IMG/VR virus record: IMGVR_UViG_3300028734_000003
Coordinates: 159 to 64,158 of that record
Direction: 5' to 3' (one strand)
Origin: a virus
Lineage: Duplodnaviria > Caudoviricetes
Length of the DNA stretch: 64,000 nt
Notes under the pieces: generated by a model
What the model saw: only the letters and a program-made list of their open reading frames with translations
Told to the model about the DNA's origin: nothing
The model's database searches: none
Shown: positions 36,856 to 49,600 of the stretch, one piece after another
How the letters are laid out: each line of letters starts with the position of its first letter
How positions within the stretch are numbered: the stretch's first letter is position 1
Translations under genes and position numbers: made by a program

Positions 36856-38916
36856 ATGAAAATAGTAACTGACTTTATTGCAAACGATAAGGGGTATACT
36901 AGAGTTTCACAGATTTTTGATTATTATCAAAAAAACGTTTGGCCTAAATGGATAAAAGACTACCAGTCTTATGCTGGAGATATGACTCCTAGAAAAGCCT
37001 ACATAGATACTACTTGGCAATCAAATATTTCGTCTGGAATTACAAAGAAAACGATCAAAACGTTTTTCGCACATATCTACGATAATCTAATTAAGTTCTA
37101 TGTTTCTGGAGCATCTGAATCAGAGCAAGACAAGGAACAGGCAACACTTTGTGAGGAATATCTCATGTGGACATACTCAGTTTCAAAGACAAAAAGATTT
37201 TTGCATATGCAAATCCTTGATGCTTTGATTATCGGTGAGGGATATGGTAAAGTTGGATTCAAAACCGTAAACAAGACTAAGAAATATGTTGTCCCTAAGT
37301 ATGATCTTAAGGGAAATATCATTTCATGAGAAGTAAAAACTAAAAAAATATTTAAACAGAATGGTTCTTATGAATATATTTCTCCATTTGACTTACTTAT
37401 CGACCCAGCAGCCAAAGATCCTTATGCTGCTCCAGTAAAAATCAAAAGAGAATTGGTACCAGAATCCAAATTGACTGAAAAATATGGAATGTTTTTCCAA
37501 TTACCAAAAGCAAAATTAGAAAAAGCAATGAATGACCCAAAAATGTTTGCCACTAAAGACTGGACATACCAAAGAAACCAAATTCTTGTACAGGATTGAC
37601 TTACGGATATCAACAGTTTCAATGGATCATACTCATTTGAAAAAAACAAGTATGTTGAAATGGTAGAGGTTTGGATTGATGATGGAATGGATGGTAGATT
37701 AGAACTTTGGATAAACGGATATTGTGTATATAACGCAATAAATCCATATCCAATCGAAGAAGACCCATTTACATATCTATATTTCTCACTAGAGGGTGGT
37801 ACAATTAGAGGTACTGGACTTGCTGGGCTACTTCGTCCATATGACGACATGGCTTCTGCGTTTTTGAACGCATATATTGACGACCTAAAAATAAAAGCAA
37901 AACCTATTCTCCTTAGAGTTGCTGGAAAATCTCAAATAGTTTCCGGGAATAACGAGGTAGAATGGTACCCTGGACAAATTATAACCGTTGAAGATGTAAA
38001 TCAACTTCAGCCATTAAATATCGGTGGTGCAAATGTGCAAGTTATCGACTTGGTAAACTTTATGGAAAATGCGGCCTTTATGGCAGCCGGTGTTAACGAA
38101 ATAGTTATGGGATCTCCTATCTCAGGAGGTAAAGTACCTAGAGTTGCTGGTGATGTTGTCAATAGAGTACAAGGATTTAAGGTAAGGCTTCTCTCTTTGT
38201 TCGATTCTTTGAACGATGTTATGAGCAAGACTGGTAAATTCTGGATGGAACTTGGAAACATCTACATGCAGAAGGAAACGGTTATGAAAATCTTCAATGA
38301 TGAAACTAAACTTTGGACTTGGAGAAAGATAAATGCAGAAAATCTTGATGGTGAGTTCGATATCATCTTCGATACCGAAGCGCTCAAGACAGCATACAAA
38401 GAAATTAGAATTGCTCAGCTTACTCAGTTCCTATCCGTCATTGGAAATAATGCAATTGACCCATCTACTGGTATGCCTGTGATAAATTTCGCAGATCTTA
38501 TCAGACAATTGGCTCAATATCTTGATTTGAAAGCTAATTTCATCTATACGGATAAAGAGGCAGTAGCTAAAATTGAAAAAGCAGAACTACAAAAAATAAA
38601 GACCCAAGAAAAAGTACAAGCAAAAACAATGGAAGCAAAGGCTAGATTGGATGCTAAAGCGGCACCAGCACAACCTGCTCAACCAGAACAGTCTGCCGCA
38701 GGATCCGTAGATATTGCACAAGTTGTTAAAAATCTTGCTGCTCAATGAGGTGGACAACCATCACCAGAACAGCCAGTTCCAGAAGAACAAGCGCCAGCTC
38801 CAGAAAATATTGCAGATGTTGTTGCACAAGTAGCTGGAGATCAAAACCAACAAGCCGTTCAACCAGAAAATATACAAAAAACAGCCGTGAACGATATTTT
38901 AACCCCTCAAGACTAG
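36856..38916 (+). CDS. Portal protein (P22-like/podoviral type)
   Basis: 686 aa after TGA read-through; position downstream of terL; DALI.GEGYGKV, SPFDLLIDP and NPYP motifs; helical C-terminal region. Confidence 0.8.
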
Positions 38917-38917
38917 G

Positions 38918-39193
38918 ATGGAATTCTTAAAAAAACTTGTAAATGATTTCTTGGTTAAGAATGGTAAAGCCCATTTAATAACTTTATCTTTTGAGAAGAA
39001 GGATGTTTCATTTTGACAGTTTAATCTCGCTCATTATGGCGTTCTTTTGACTTATCTTAATAACAATCTTATTGATTGCTATGAGTCAGGGGACGTTGTA
39101 TCAGCTGCTAGGTATAGGTCTAATATATTAGAGATCACCAAAGAGAAAATAGCCCTCGAAGAGAGAATTAGAAAGGAACAAAACCCATCATAA
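38918..39193 (+). CDS. Small head-module protein
   Basis: 91-aa ORF directly after the portal gene. Confidence 0.55.
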
Positions 39194-39217
39194 TTTTATT
39201 TATTATCTTTTTTGCTT

Positions 39218-39991
39218 ATGGCTGATTCAAACATTTCATCTAAAGACACACCAAACTATAACCTTTTTGATAAAGGTAATTACGATGAAGCCAGAAAAGC
39301 TTCTCAAGAAAAATTCAAGGGAACTGAAGTAAAAAATCCAACTGAAGATTTTGCTGGTAAATATGGGAACACATTGGTAGGAACAAAACTTGTAAAAGCT
39401 ATTGATGAATTTTCTAAACAGAATGGAATTGGCGGTGCAGATAAACAAACTCTAGTAACCGACTATATTACAAATATTAGAAAGCCAGTAATGACTGGAG
39501 ATCAAGTACAATCTGCATATAAAGAGGATTTGAAATGAAATGCTCTAGTAAATTATGGTCCTTCTATGCGTGAATGATACAAAAAATTAGAACCATATGG
39601 AATAAAGGTGGCTGATTGACAAAAGGAAGAGGTACCAGAACCAGAAAAAAAGGAAACTAAAAAATCATCAGCAATAAAAGCTGTATCATGAGCCCCAAAA
39701 AAAGAGGAAAATAAATGAACACAAGAAAATAAAGCAACACTATCCGTAGCTAAATCAAACGATCTACATATAATGCCAACTATTTGACAAATAAATTGAA
39801 TATGATCTGCTTGAGATATTTGAAAAGGTAAATTAGAAAAACCAAAGTTTGATTTGAATAATATATGAAAGATGGCTCCAGACAACAAAGATTTAGTAAG
39901 TTTGGCCGAGACTATTCTTGACCGTGCAGCCAAAGAAAAGTACGCTAAGCAGCGTAAACCTGGTGCATGAGACGTTGCCACAATAAAATAG
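39218..39991 (+). CDS. Hypothetical Lys-rich protein
   Basis: Continuous frame with TGA=Gly. Confidence 0.55.
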
Positions 39992-40070
39992 TCAAAAAAC
40001 ATATTGATATTCATCTATATATCTATATATAAATGATAATTGTAAGGTTTTAGTATATAATTGTAAGGGG

Positions 40071-40985
40071 ATGCCACAACCACAAGTATTAGATCGTGAC
40101 GCTAATCACGCCGCTTTCAACCATGCTCTAGGTAAAGGTTATGATGAAATGCAATCATCAAAATCAGAACTAGATATCAAAAATTTTGCTCCTGAAGCAG
40201 CGGATACTGCTGAAGAACCAGCAAAACCAGAAGAACCTACAGCAGAAGCTCCAGCTCCGGAAGAAGCTCCGGAAGAAGAACCAGCTACTACTGAAGAAAA
40301 ACCTGTTGAAGGTAGTGAACCAGAACCACCAGCACATGACGAGTCTAAGGCTGAACCAGAAACACCTGGCGAAGAAGATAAGACTGCTGTTGAGGAAGGG
40401 GAAGCTCTATTGGAAACAGTAAGAACGTTATTGGGTATAGTTGATGAGGCCCCGCAGCCTAAAGAAGTTGAAGATCAAAAGGTAGTTGTTGAAGAAGCCG
40501 CAAAAGCATCTGAGGCAGCGCCAGAAGATGTTGAACTTACAGCTAAACTACAAGGCGAAATTGATAAACTTAATGAACTCGTTCTCCAAAAAGAGATTTT
40601 GAGCGAACAAGATGCAAAGGAAAAAGAAAGATACAAGGCAGAATTGGAAAATGCTAATCAGGAAATAGATAAACTAAATTCTGATACAGCTACTCTAAAG
40701 GAATCCCATGATCTTTTGAACTCTGATGAGAGAGTTAAATCTCTTGCAACATTCATGAGCAAATTTAAAGCTGGTGATGAAACCGTCAAAGACGATATCA
40801 AATCAATTCTTGATGAAATGGTCCAAGAAGTTTATGGAGTAAGTATTGATTCAATGATGAAAGACATGGCTGAGCAACAAACTGCGACAGCAGCATCCCC
40901 ATCATCGTCTACATATAGCTCTGAAAAAGACAAAGCTCCTGGTGGAAGACAATTGTTAGACATCAGACAGTATATGAAGGATTAG
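40071..40985 (+). CDS. Scaffolding protein
   Basis: Very acidic, Pro/Glu-rich N-half and a coiled-coil; lies directly before the capsid gene. Confidence 0.75.
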   Translation: MPQPQVLDRDANHAAFNHALGKGYDEMQSSKSELDIKNFAPEAADTAEEPAKPEEPTAEAPAPEEAPEEEPATTEEKPVEGSEPEPPAHDESKAEPETPGEEDKTAVEEGEALLETVRTLLGIVDEAPQPKEVEDQKVVVEEAAKASEAAPEDVELTAKLQGEIDKLNELVLQKEILSEQDAKEKERYKAELENANQEIDKLNSDTATLKESHDLLNSDERVKSLATFMSKFKAGDETVKDDIKSILDEMVQEVYGVSIDSMMKDMAEQQTATAASPSSSTYSSEKDKAPGGRQLLDIRQYMKD

Positions 40986-41013
40986 CTTTTTTTATACATA
41001 ACCTATAACCAAA

Positions 41014-42360
41014 ATGTCTTTTAGCGTAACTAATGATTCTCCTACGGCTGTGTTGAAAACACTCCCACAAGTAGGTGCGTACTCTTTCGAGGCGTGGAAA
41101 AATTACAACAAAAAGCTCGGATCTTGGCTCTTTGGAGACCAATTGTTCGGAACCTCTACAGCAAAAAATGTTAGCTTCAAAAATTTGAAGATTGACGCTG
41201 TAACAACTAAGGATGGATATGTAGTTGAATGGTCTACTATCGCAATGAAGAGAGCATCAACAACAACAAGTACAGCAGGTGCTGGAACTGTTAAAACATT
41301 GGCAGCTACACAAGGTTTCTCAAAGGGTGATAAGATCATCTTCGAGGCTATTGATGGAACTGAAACATATGCTTTCGTAGCATCTGTAGATTCAACTACA
41401 CAAATCACTTTGGCAGCTTCAATTACAACTGCCGCAACTGATCTTGTTAAGAGAGTTGCTTCTGCTAAGAGAGTTGGAGATGTTGTTGATAGAACAGATT
41501 ACGATCCTACTAGAAACAAGACATCAAACAACTTCCAAACATTCCAAGCAAAATTCTCAGTTACTGACCAAACACTTAATTCTCATATGGATCTTTACTT
41601 CAGAGGTGGGCAACCAAATCCAGACGAAGCAAAATCTACTAAAGAAATTATGCTGGAAGGAATCAATAACTACCTCCAAATGAAAACAGCTCAAAAACTC
41701 GGAAACGAAATTTTCGGAGATATCGCAGCAACATTCTTCAAAGGAAAGAAAGATACTTACACAGATGGTTCTTCTAAAGTAAGATACTATGCTGGAGGAT
41801 TGGCTGAAGTAGTTGATACAGTTACTATTTCTGCTTCTGATGAAGGTGATGCAATTCTAGAACAAATCTACAACGCTACATACGATGTATACAACTACTC
41901 AGCTGCATACGGAAATGAAAAGGTTGTTATGATTGGAAACTCAGCATTTGTTAAGAAATTTGGAACATTGAGACAAAACAATGTACAAATCCAATTGTCA
42001 TCTGCTCCAACTGAATTCGGATTCGGTCTCCAAAAGATCAACTTCCCACAATTCGACTACTTGATGCTTGGTTTTGAACCATCTCTTGACGAATGTGACA
42101 TCAACGCACCAGTAGCATACGTTATTCCTTTGGATCTTATCGGAGCGTACAGAAAAATGTACCACGGTTTGAACGAAAACTTCGCTCCTGAAATGGGTAG
42201 CCCAGATATCCTTATCAAGAAATCAGTTACTGATGAAGATACAATGGATACAACTACTCTTCTCATGATCTACGATCTTACTTTCATCTTCGGAGGAAAC
42301 GATTCAGCTACTAACTTTGGTGCTGGAAAAGGATTGTACAAGAAAATCATCTTGTCTTAG
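41014..42360 (+). CDS. Major capsid protein
   Basis: 448 aa after the scaffold gene; strongly biased codon usage; N..QTF and RYYAGGL motifs of podoviral capsids; followed by a terminator. Confidence 0.8.
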   Translation: MSFSVTNDSPTAVLKTLPQVGAYSFEAWKNYNKKLGSWLFGDQLFGTSTAKNVSFKNLKIDAVTTKDGYVVEWSTIAMKRASTTTSTAGAGTVKTLAATQGFSKGDKIIFEAIDGTETYAFVASVDSTTQITLAASITTAATDLVKRVASAKRVGDVVDRTDYDPTRNKTSNNFQTFQAKFSVTDQTLNSHMDLYFRGGQPNPDEAKSTKEIMLEGINNYLQMKTAQKLGNEIFGDIAATFFKGKKDTYTDGSSKVRYYAGGLAEVVDTVTISASDEGDAILEQIYNATYDVYNYSAAYGNEKVVMIGNSAFVKKFGTLRQNNVQIQLSSAPTEFGFGLQKINFPQFDYLMLGFEPSLDECDINAPVAYVIPLDLIGAYRKMYHGLNENFAPEMGSPDILIKKSVTDEDTMDTTTLLMIYDLTFIFGGNDSATNFGAGKGLYKKIILS

Positions 42361-42367
42361 TATATTT

Positions 42368-42400
42368 GGAGGGGTAAAACCCTCCTCCTTTAATTTTTTT
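42368..42400 (+). terminator. Intrinsic terminator
   Basis: GGAGGG/CCCTCC stem followed by a T-rich tract. Confidence 0.55.
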
Positions 42401-42413
42401 ACCAAAATTCGCT

Positions 42414-42743
42414 ATGCTTATTGCAAAAAGAAAAACGCTAGCAATGCTAGCTCCAGCAGATACAGCCGAAGCAACATTGCTTACGATTGGTGCTGGTAAA
42501 CAAGTAGAACTTAATTTGTACATTAACAATGTAACAGGTACTGCTGCAAACGTTACTGTAAAATTGGTTTCTGGTGGGGTAACAGTTTCTTTGAGAACTG
42601 CTGTTTCTTTGGCAGCTAATGCTACAAATGATGCGGCTCCAATTAAACTATTCCTTTCTGCTGGTGATGCTATTAAGGTAACTTCAGGGACAGCTAATGC
42701 TATCGCTTTTGTTGCTAGTGGTATTGAATACCTTGCTAAATAG
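42414..42743 (+). CDS. Small beta-rich structural protein (decoration/fibre-associated)
   Basis: 109 aa, Ala/Thr-rich, L.AGDAIKVTSGTANAI.F.ASG.E pattern. Confidence 0.6.
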   Translation: MLIAKRKTLAMLAPADTAEATLLTIGAGKQVELNLYINNVTGTAANVTVKLVSGGVTVSLRTAVSLAANATNDAAPIKLFLSAGDAIKVTSGTANAIAFVASGIEYLAK

Positions 42744-42765
42744 TCTACAGAAAATTTACACATAT

Positions 42766-42794
42766 AAAGAGAGGGCTGTGGCTCTCTTTTTTTT
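42766..42794 (+). terminator. Intrinsic terminator
   Basis: AAAGAGAG...CTCTCTTT stem with a T-run. Confidence 0.65.
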
Positions 42795-42862
42795 ATATTT
42801 GTATTGTATTTTTGTATTTTTTTAATATAAGTTGGATGATTTTAGATTATAATTACTAAAAA

Positions 42863-43492
42863 ATGTTTGATAATGTAACGGCAAAACAGTTCATGTCTAC
42901 AGTTTTAGCTGATTGTAACCAATATGTTTGACAGGCGTTATTTACTCCAACATATCTATATGGAAAGTTAAATAATGCTATTTTTTATATTCTGAATTAT
43001 AGAAAACGATACTGGAATGTCCAGGTAGATATTTTATGAGACGGAGTAACTGAACTAAGTACATATTCACTTTCTATAAGACCAAAGCTTATAGAATTTG
43101 TTAAAAATGCTTCGGATGAAGATTATAAAAAACTAAAAATGTCTGTTACAGGATCCTCAACAAAAAAATGGTTCACTATAAATGGTACACAACTTGTGTT
43201 ATGAGAGCCAGTAACAAAAATTCATGTACAATATGAAAAATATTTCACAAGATATACTGTTGTAAATTCAGATTTGGAGCTTCCAATCCCTCCAGAATAC
43301 AATGAAGCACTTGAGCAAAAATTTCTTTCTTCAATATCTGGTCTATGGCTAGGTGAGGGAATGGGAAATCTACTTTCTGGATATAGAAATGGCGCAGTTG
43401 ATGCATTAAATAATTTAGCAAAAACAGATAGTTATGATGATCCAGTAGATCAAATTAAATCAAAAATTTTCTGAAATTGATGAGCTGTTTAG
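42863..43492 (+). CDS. Head-tail adaptor
   Basis: 209 aa; N-terminal helices with LNNAI...RKWYWN; IPPEY near the C-terminus; position in the gene order. Confidence 0.6.
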
Positions 43493-43508
43493 TTTTTTAT
43501 AAAAACCT

Positions 43509-45302
43509 ATGGTAGTACAACTATTGGATAAAATGCCAAAAGAAGGGTTTAATGATCAATTTACGGAGATAATAAATTGAGAAATTACCAACCCCCCATA
43601 TAATCAGAACTTTGCTGATAAGGCATTTTTTATAAAAAAAAGATACGGTGTTGATTTGTTGAAATCTAAACCAGGAGAAACATTCTATGACATTATCGAA
43701 TATCGTGATGCAAATAAAACAGAGGTACTTGTTTCATCTATGACAGCGACAAAAATTATTGTATATAAATTAGACCTAAACACTTTGGTGCTTACGGAAA
43801 TATTGAATCAGAATAAAGGAAATAATGCAAGAATGTTCAAGGTACTTGCTGGATGAGAATCTGTCTTGGCCACATGAACTGCTGTGTCTGGTACGATCAA
43901 CAGCATTACAAAAACATCTGCATGATGGACTGTAAATCAATTCGCTGGAGCCTATATTTATTTGGCAAGTGGAACTGGTGCTGGTTCTTTATGTAATATT
44001 CTTTCAAATACTGCTGATACTATCACAGTTTCTAATACTGGTGGTGGAGACCCGTTCGATGTCGCTCCTGCTTCAGGGACTGTCTTTACAGTATATAATT
44101 CCCTCACAAGCAATATTATGATTCAGACATCTGACTCATATCGAAAATATGATGGAGCTAGTTTTGTACAAGTAGTCCCTACACAAGGATCAAAAATAGC
44201 CGATGCTACGATGTGGAAAAGTATCTTCTGGTATGCTGACGTAAAAGGAAATGTTTTCTATTCTGATGAAAGAGATATTTTCAAATTTTATGATGGGGCC
44301 ACAGCTTCTGCAAGAATTTTAAGAACTGGTGAAACGGATATTTCTAGATTGTATCCATTTGGTGATGTTATGCTTATTTGTACACCAAACAAAATGCATC
44401 TAGTTAAAGCTAGTCTAAATAGTTCTACTGGAAATACAATATTCTCCACACAAGAAGTCCTATCAAATCTATGATTATTCAGTAGCGATGCGATACATTA
44501 TAATAAATGATTGTATTTTGTTGGTAGCGATAAATCATTTTACTCTTTGGCTCTTACAGTTACCGGTACGCAATATGTCGGAGATCCACAAGAACAAGGA
44601 CAAACAGTTTCAAATTATCTAAATAGATTTGTATTGGGAACTGATAAGTTGAGTGTATATTCTGATAGTAGAAACATTTATATTTATGATACTATTGGTA
44701 ATGCTGAAGAATTTGTCTACAATATTAAATATAAAGGTTGGACAAAAAATGAATACGCTATAAATGTCTCTGGGAAAAAGATACTGAACAATGTTTTCTA
44801 TTTTCTTGGGACATGATATATAGGATTTAAGAGTTCGTCTGCGTATACTGACCTTTGAATAGATTATACACAGAAAATAGAATCAATATTTGGACAAGAT
44901 AACATTATGACTATGAAGGCGTGGAAATATTTTGCCGTATTGCTTGGAAAAACTGATTATACCCAAGATGGAATATTAAATGCTGAATGGCAAATAAATA
45001 ACAAAAAGTTTTCAAAGGAATGGGATATATTCAACACTGAGTATCTATCAAATATCTTTGATGCTTTGCAAGATACAATGTGATCTTCTCTCATGTGAGG
45101 GGAGTTGATGGGATGAGATAAGTCAGATGCTATAGCGGCAATATCTGATATAGAAATAATGAAAACTCCGATTGATATTGCAGGGTTTTTATGTAAATTA
45201 TCATTAACAAGCATCGGATGAAGTTGAATTATGTTTGGTGGTTGGGCATGATATGAAAACGATATGAATCCAAATATTAAAACTGTAACAAATGTCATTT
45301 AA
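43509..45302 (+). CDS. Tail nozzle/hub (beta-propeller-like)
   Basis: 597 aa, beta-rich; VFYSD, LYFVG and VYN....WT patterns; position after the adaptor gene. Confidence 0.6.
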
Positions 45303-45321
45303 CCTATAACAACTTACCAAA

Positions 45322-46653
45322 ATGGTATCAGTAGACTCTTGAAAGGTAGCAGCTATTGTAGACGCTGCAAAAAAGGCTGGTAAATCACAAGCCGATATTG
45401 ATGCCGCTATGGCAAAAGCAGGAATAACTCAAGGAGCTTCTTGAGGATATGTTGGTGTTGGTTCCCCAGCAATTCCATCTACATCTAAAAATTTCACATG
45501 AGGGGACCCAGGTATTGCTGATAATCCTGCTGCATATTGATCAAAAATAAACGCAAAAGGGGAGACTGTAAGAGATCCGATGGCAGCAACTACTCCGGCC
45601 GTAAAGCTAAATACTCCTGCAACAATAGATACTTCCGCACTAAACGGAGTAAAGGGTTGAAGTGCTATCGCAGATATGTTCAAACAACAATATGGAGCTC
45701 TATCTTGAGATATCCAGGCAATTGCAAAACAATTATGAGATACAACAGGTATATTTGAGTCTAAAATTAAGACAGCTCTTATGAAAGCTGATGAAACTAG
45801 GGCTATTCAAACATCATTAAACCAAAAATTACAAGATTCTTTCTGAGTCTTGGAAGGCGCACAGTCACAGAAATATCAAGATATCCTAAATAGAATCAAT
45901 AAACAAGAAGGAACAATAGACTCTAAATTTGGAGAAATGAAATCAAATCTAGATACAATTAAAACTGGTTATGAAGCACAACAAGAGGCTGGAGACCAAG
46001 CATCTAGTATTGCAGCTTCTAGACAACTCAGAGGATTGGGTGGTGAGTCTGGACAAATAATTGCAAGTGGTATGTGACAAGCAAGAGCAAGGACATCAAT
46101 GTTAAATATGGTGAAGCTCGATGCAGATCTTGCAGAACAAGCAAATACACTTACACAAAACTATCTCCAATTAAAAAATACAGTTATGCAGGATGCTAAT
46201 TTGAATGATTCAAACAGACAAAACATATTGAACACATTAAATGATAAATTCAACGCTATTGCGCAACTCCAATGAGGTACTGAACAACAATATACAGAAG
46301 CTAAGTTTGCTCCAGTTACGCAAATGCAAGACACATTGATCAATCAAAAACTTGGTCAATATGTAAACGAAGGAAACCAAAAATGGATGAATACCTCTCC
46401 AGCTATGAGAGAATCTCAAATACAACAAATCTTGTGAACAGCTTTAAGCTCAAAAGTAAAGGTTCCTGCGAGTGTTGTAGCAAACGCTAGAAATGCTGGT
46501 ACTGCAACAGATATGATGAACTACTTGTATAATTATATTGTCACAAACATACCTAAGGCAAATACAAACTCTAGCGGTATGAGCGCAATCTCAGCTCTAT
46601 TATCTGCACAATGAGGAGCTTCTTCAGCTGCTTCAACAGGAAATTCTGTTTAG
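45322..46653 (+). CDS. Putative ejection (internal virion/pilot) protein
   Basis: 443 aa, Gln/Ala-rich coiled-coil; position between the nozzle gene and the giant gene. Confidence 0.55.
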
Positions 46654-46670
46654 TTCTTAACATATAAGGT

Positions 46671-49600
46671 ATGTGATTGATTGATTTCGTAAAATGAGCT
46701 TGGGATGAAGCAAAAAATGTAGTGTCCGATATCAAAGACTTTCTCGAAGTACCTATTAGAGAAGTCCAAAATTCATGAATCACATTACCTATAGGGGACT
46801 GAATACAAATAATGAAAGGGAATGAACAATGAGTATCTGATGTAATCAATACTCAAAATATTCCTGTTGCCCAGGTGAACACAGATACAATCAAAAATAT
46901 GCAAAACATCTTTTCCGATAACAAAGTAACGGCGCAAGAAAAACAATATATTTCTACTCTCCCCGAGGCATATCAAAATATATTCAAAGCATCAAAAACA
47001 CTGGACCAGTTAAAAAGCTATGTTTATAACCCAGAATTTCTAAAGGCTGATCCAGCTGCTGCAACAAAAATGAAGGAAGATTATAATTCTAACCTGCAAA
47101 ATCTTAATTACAACCTAAAGAGAATTGAGGAATTAGATCCTGGACACGCACAAAACCAAGAATTAGATAAACAATATTTCCAAACTGAATTTCAAAAAGC
47201 CACTCCCAAGATGAAAGATCTTGAGGATATTTTTGGTAAAAATACAGATGTGGCAAACGCCTACAATAAAACTGTATACAACTCTATCTCGGATGTGAGC
47301 GATTTAATAACCCAAGCTAGAGATAATAAATTACAAGATGATCCTTATTTTGTTTCAAAAATAGAATCTCTTAAAAAAATGAAGGACCAGCTTCAAAATG
47401 TCATGTATTTGAAAACTAAAAATAACGCTAGCCAGATAAAAGACTGGAATGACGCATTTGATTTGATATCTAATGACGATTCTGCAAAAATGTTGGCACA
47501 AAACATTACAGATACCGAAGAAGATATTAGACAAGATCTTATGAAAAAATCTGTAGCCAAAACATATGAAGAAAATAAGCCTATCCTTGGTACATATAAA
47601 TGAGCAGAATACTTGTTGAGTTTCGTTACTAGGGGTTTGGATGAAGTTATACAACAAGTTGCCCCAGTTAAAGCGACAGACCTATCGGACCTGGAATATC
47701 TCTCACAAAATAACGGTGTAATTAAAAATGCTATTGGTAAAACAGCAAATCGAGCAATCAGAAACGGTTGAGAGCTAGCTCAGTTGTTTGTTCCTGTAGA
47801 ATGATTAGTAAAATGAGCACAGATTGGAATAAAAGGTGTCATGGATATTGGTAAGGCTGTAAAATTTGTTGATGCTGCTGCTGATGCTAGCAAGGTTATC
47901 AACTCATTAAACAATATGGATAAGGCATTTAACCTGGTAAAAGGTACTGTTGGTATTGATTCCATGTTCGATTATAATCTATCTGCTGGAATGTCAGATG
48001 CAAATACATCTACAAATATTCTTTTCAATGTAATTTGAGAAGGACTCCCATTGATAAAATGAGCAATAAAAGACTACAAAGAAGCTGGTATTACAAAACT
48101 AAAGGCAGCCGAATTTGACCAGGCATATAAAAATGCGTCATTCGATGTTGCTATTGATGGAGCTGATGCTTCAAAAACAGTCAAAGTAAATATGTTTGAT
48201 CTTTTGGGTGCTAAGTGAGATAGTGTAAATGACATCATTAGGGCGGCTGGAGACTGAGCAAAAATAGATACAGAAACATTTAGAGTATCCTTGAATAATG
48301 CTTTAGATAAATTTACCACTGGTTTAGTTGCTTGAGAAAAAGCTGTAGAGCCAGAAGCTAGAGCATTTATTAGAAGTGTCTTTGAGGGTGTTGCTAATAC
48401 TCTCACAGATATGGGAGAAAGAACTAAATTACTTAATGGTATAGAGGGAAGAATAGCCACTAGAGATGGTCTTATTAGCGCATTATATGAATCTAAAAAA
48501 GTATTCAACGATGTTGCTAAATCAGAGGCAGGAATACTCACAGATATGGTCAAATACTCACAAGGCTCATTTAACGAATTAGGATTTGTCCCTGTAGAGA
48601 ATATGGAAAAATTAGTAAATCATAAGCAAAATTTTGTGAAGGCTGTTGCTGATCACTTCACTGGTAAAAATATATCAGAAGGAACAAGAACCGTGGTTGA
48701 TAAGATACTTTCAAATGTAAATGAAACTGGGAAAGTTTCTGACTCTCATATTATGGGGCTTATAAGGGCTTTCAATGAATGATTTGCCGGCTGAACAGCT
48801 GAAGAATATATGAAAAAATTACAAGAGTTTTCTCAAAACACTCTTAATTATGTACCAGAGGGGTTGAAATCTATAGAGTCTATCAAAAAGATAGGCGCTC
48901 TTGCTGAAACAAAATTTCTCGATAATATAAAAGCTGCAAAAATAAATGTAAAATTTGAAAAACTTGGTACTGGTATAGGTTGAACATTTAAGGATGGATC
49001 GGCTATAATTTCTTTATATAAGGGATTCTATAAAAATCCAGACGATTTTGTTATTGGATTTGTTCATGAGCTTACCCACGGTCTCATCAACAAAGAATCC
49101 AAATTATACACAGAGATGGCAGTTAAATATTCCGAGGGTGTAGCAGAATTGAACACAAAATTCGCTTCTCTATACGATTGATTTGATATCAAAAATTTGG
49201 ATGTTAAAAAACTCCAGGAGAAATGATTTTCTCAAGACGAAATTGACTATCTAAAAACCTATGGATATAGATTCAAAAATACTGATGAATTTATTGCATA
49301 TAATGTTTCTGAATCTCTAGTTGGTAAAGCTCCTAGTGAGGCTTTTGAAATATTGAAAACTAAAGTTAAGGCTGTTGCCGATGTCGCTTTTGATTGAAAG
49401 GTTACAGATGATATGTTTAAGGTAGCTGGAGATAAACTCATGAATGGTAGATTCAAGGCGTCAAGCGCAAAGCCGTCCGTTGCTAGGGATATTGATAACT
49501 ATATCTATTCTGAATCTGGTAGAAGATTATTTTCTTCAGATATAAACGACATTGCTAAGGCAAATGAAAATATTGGTAGCATAGCATCTTTTCAAAAGTT

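Noticed and set aside
38745-38930. Separate 61-aa Arg/Ser/Cys-rich ORF after the portal fragment
   Set aside because: It is an alternative frame overlapping the read-through portal C-terminus, which ends at 38916.
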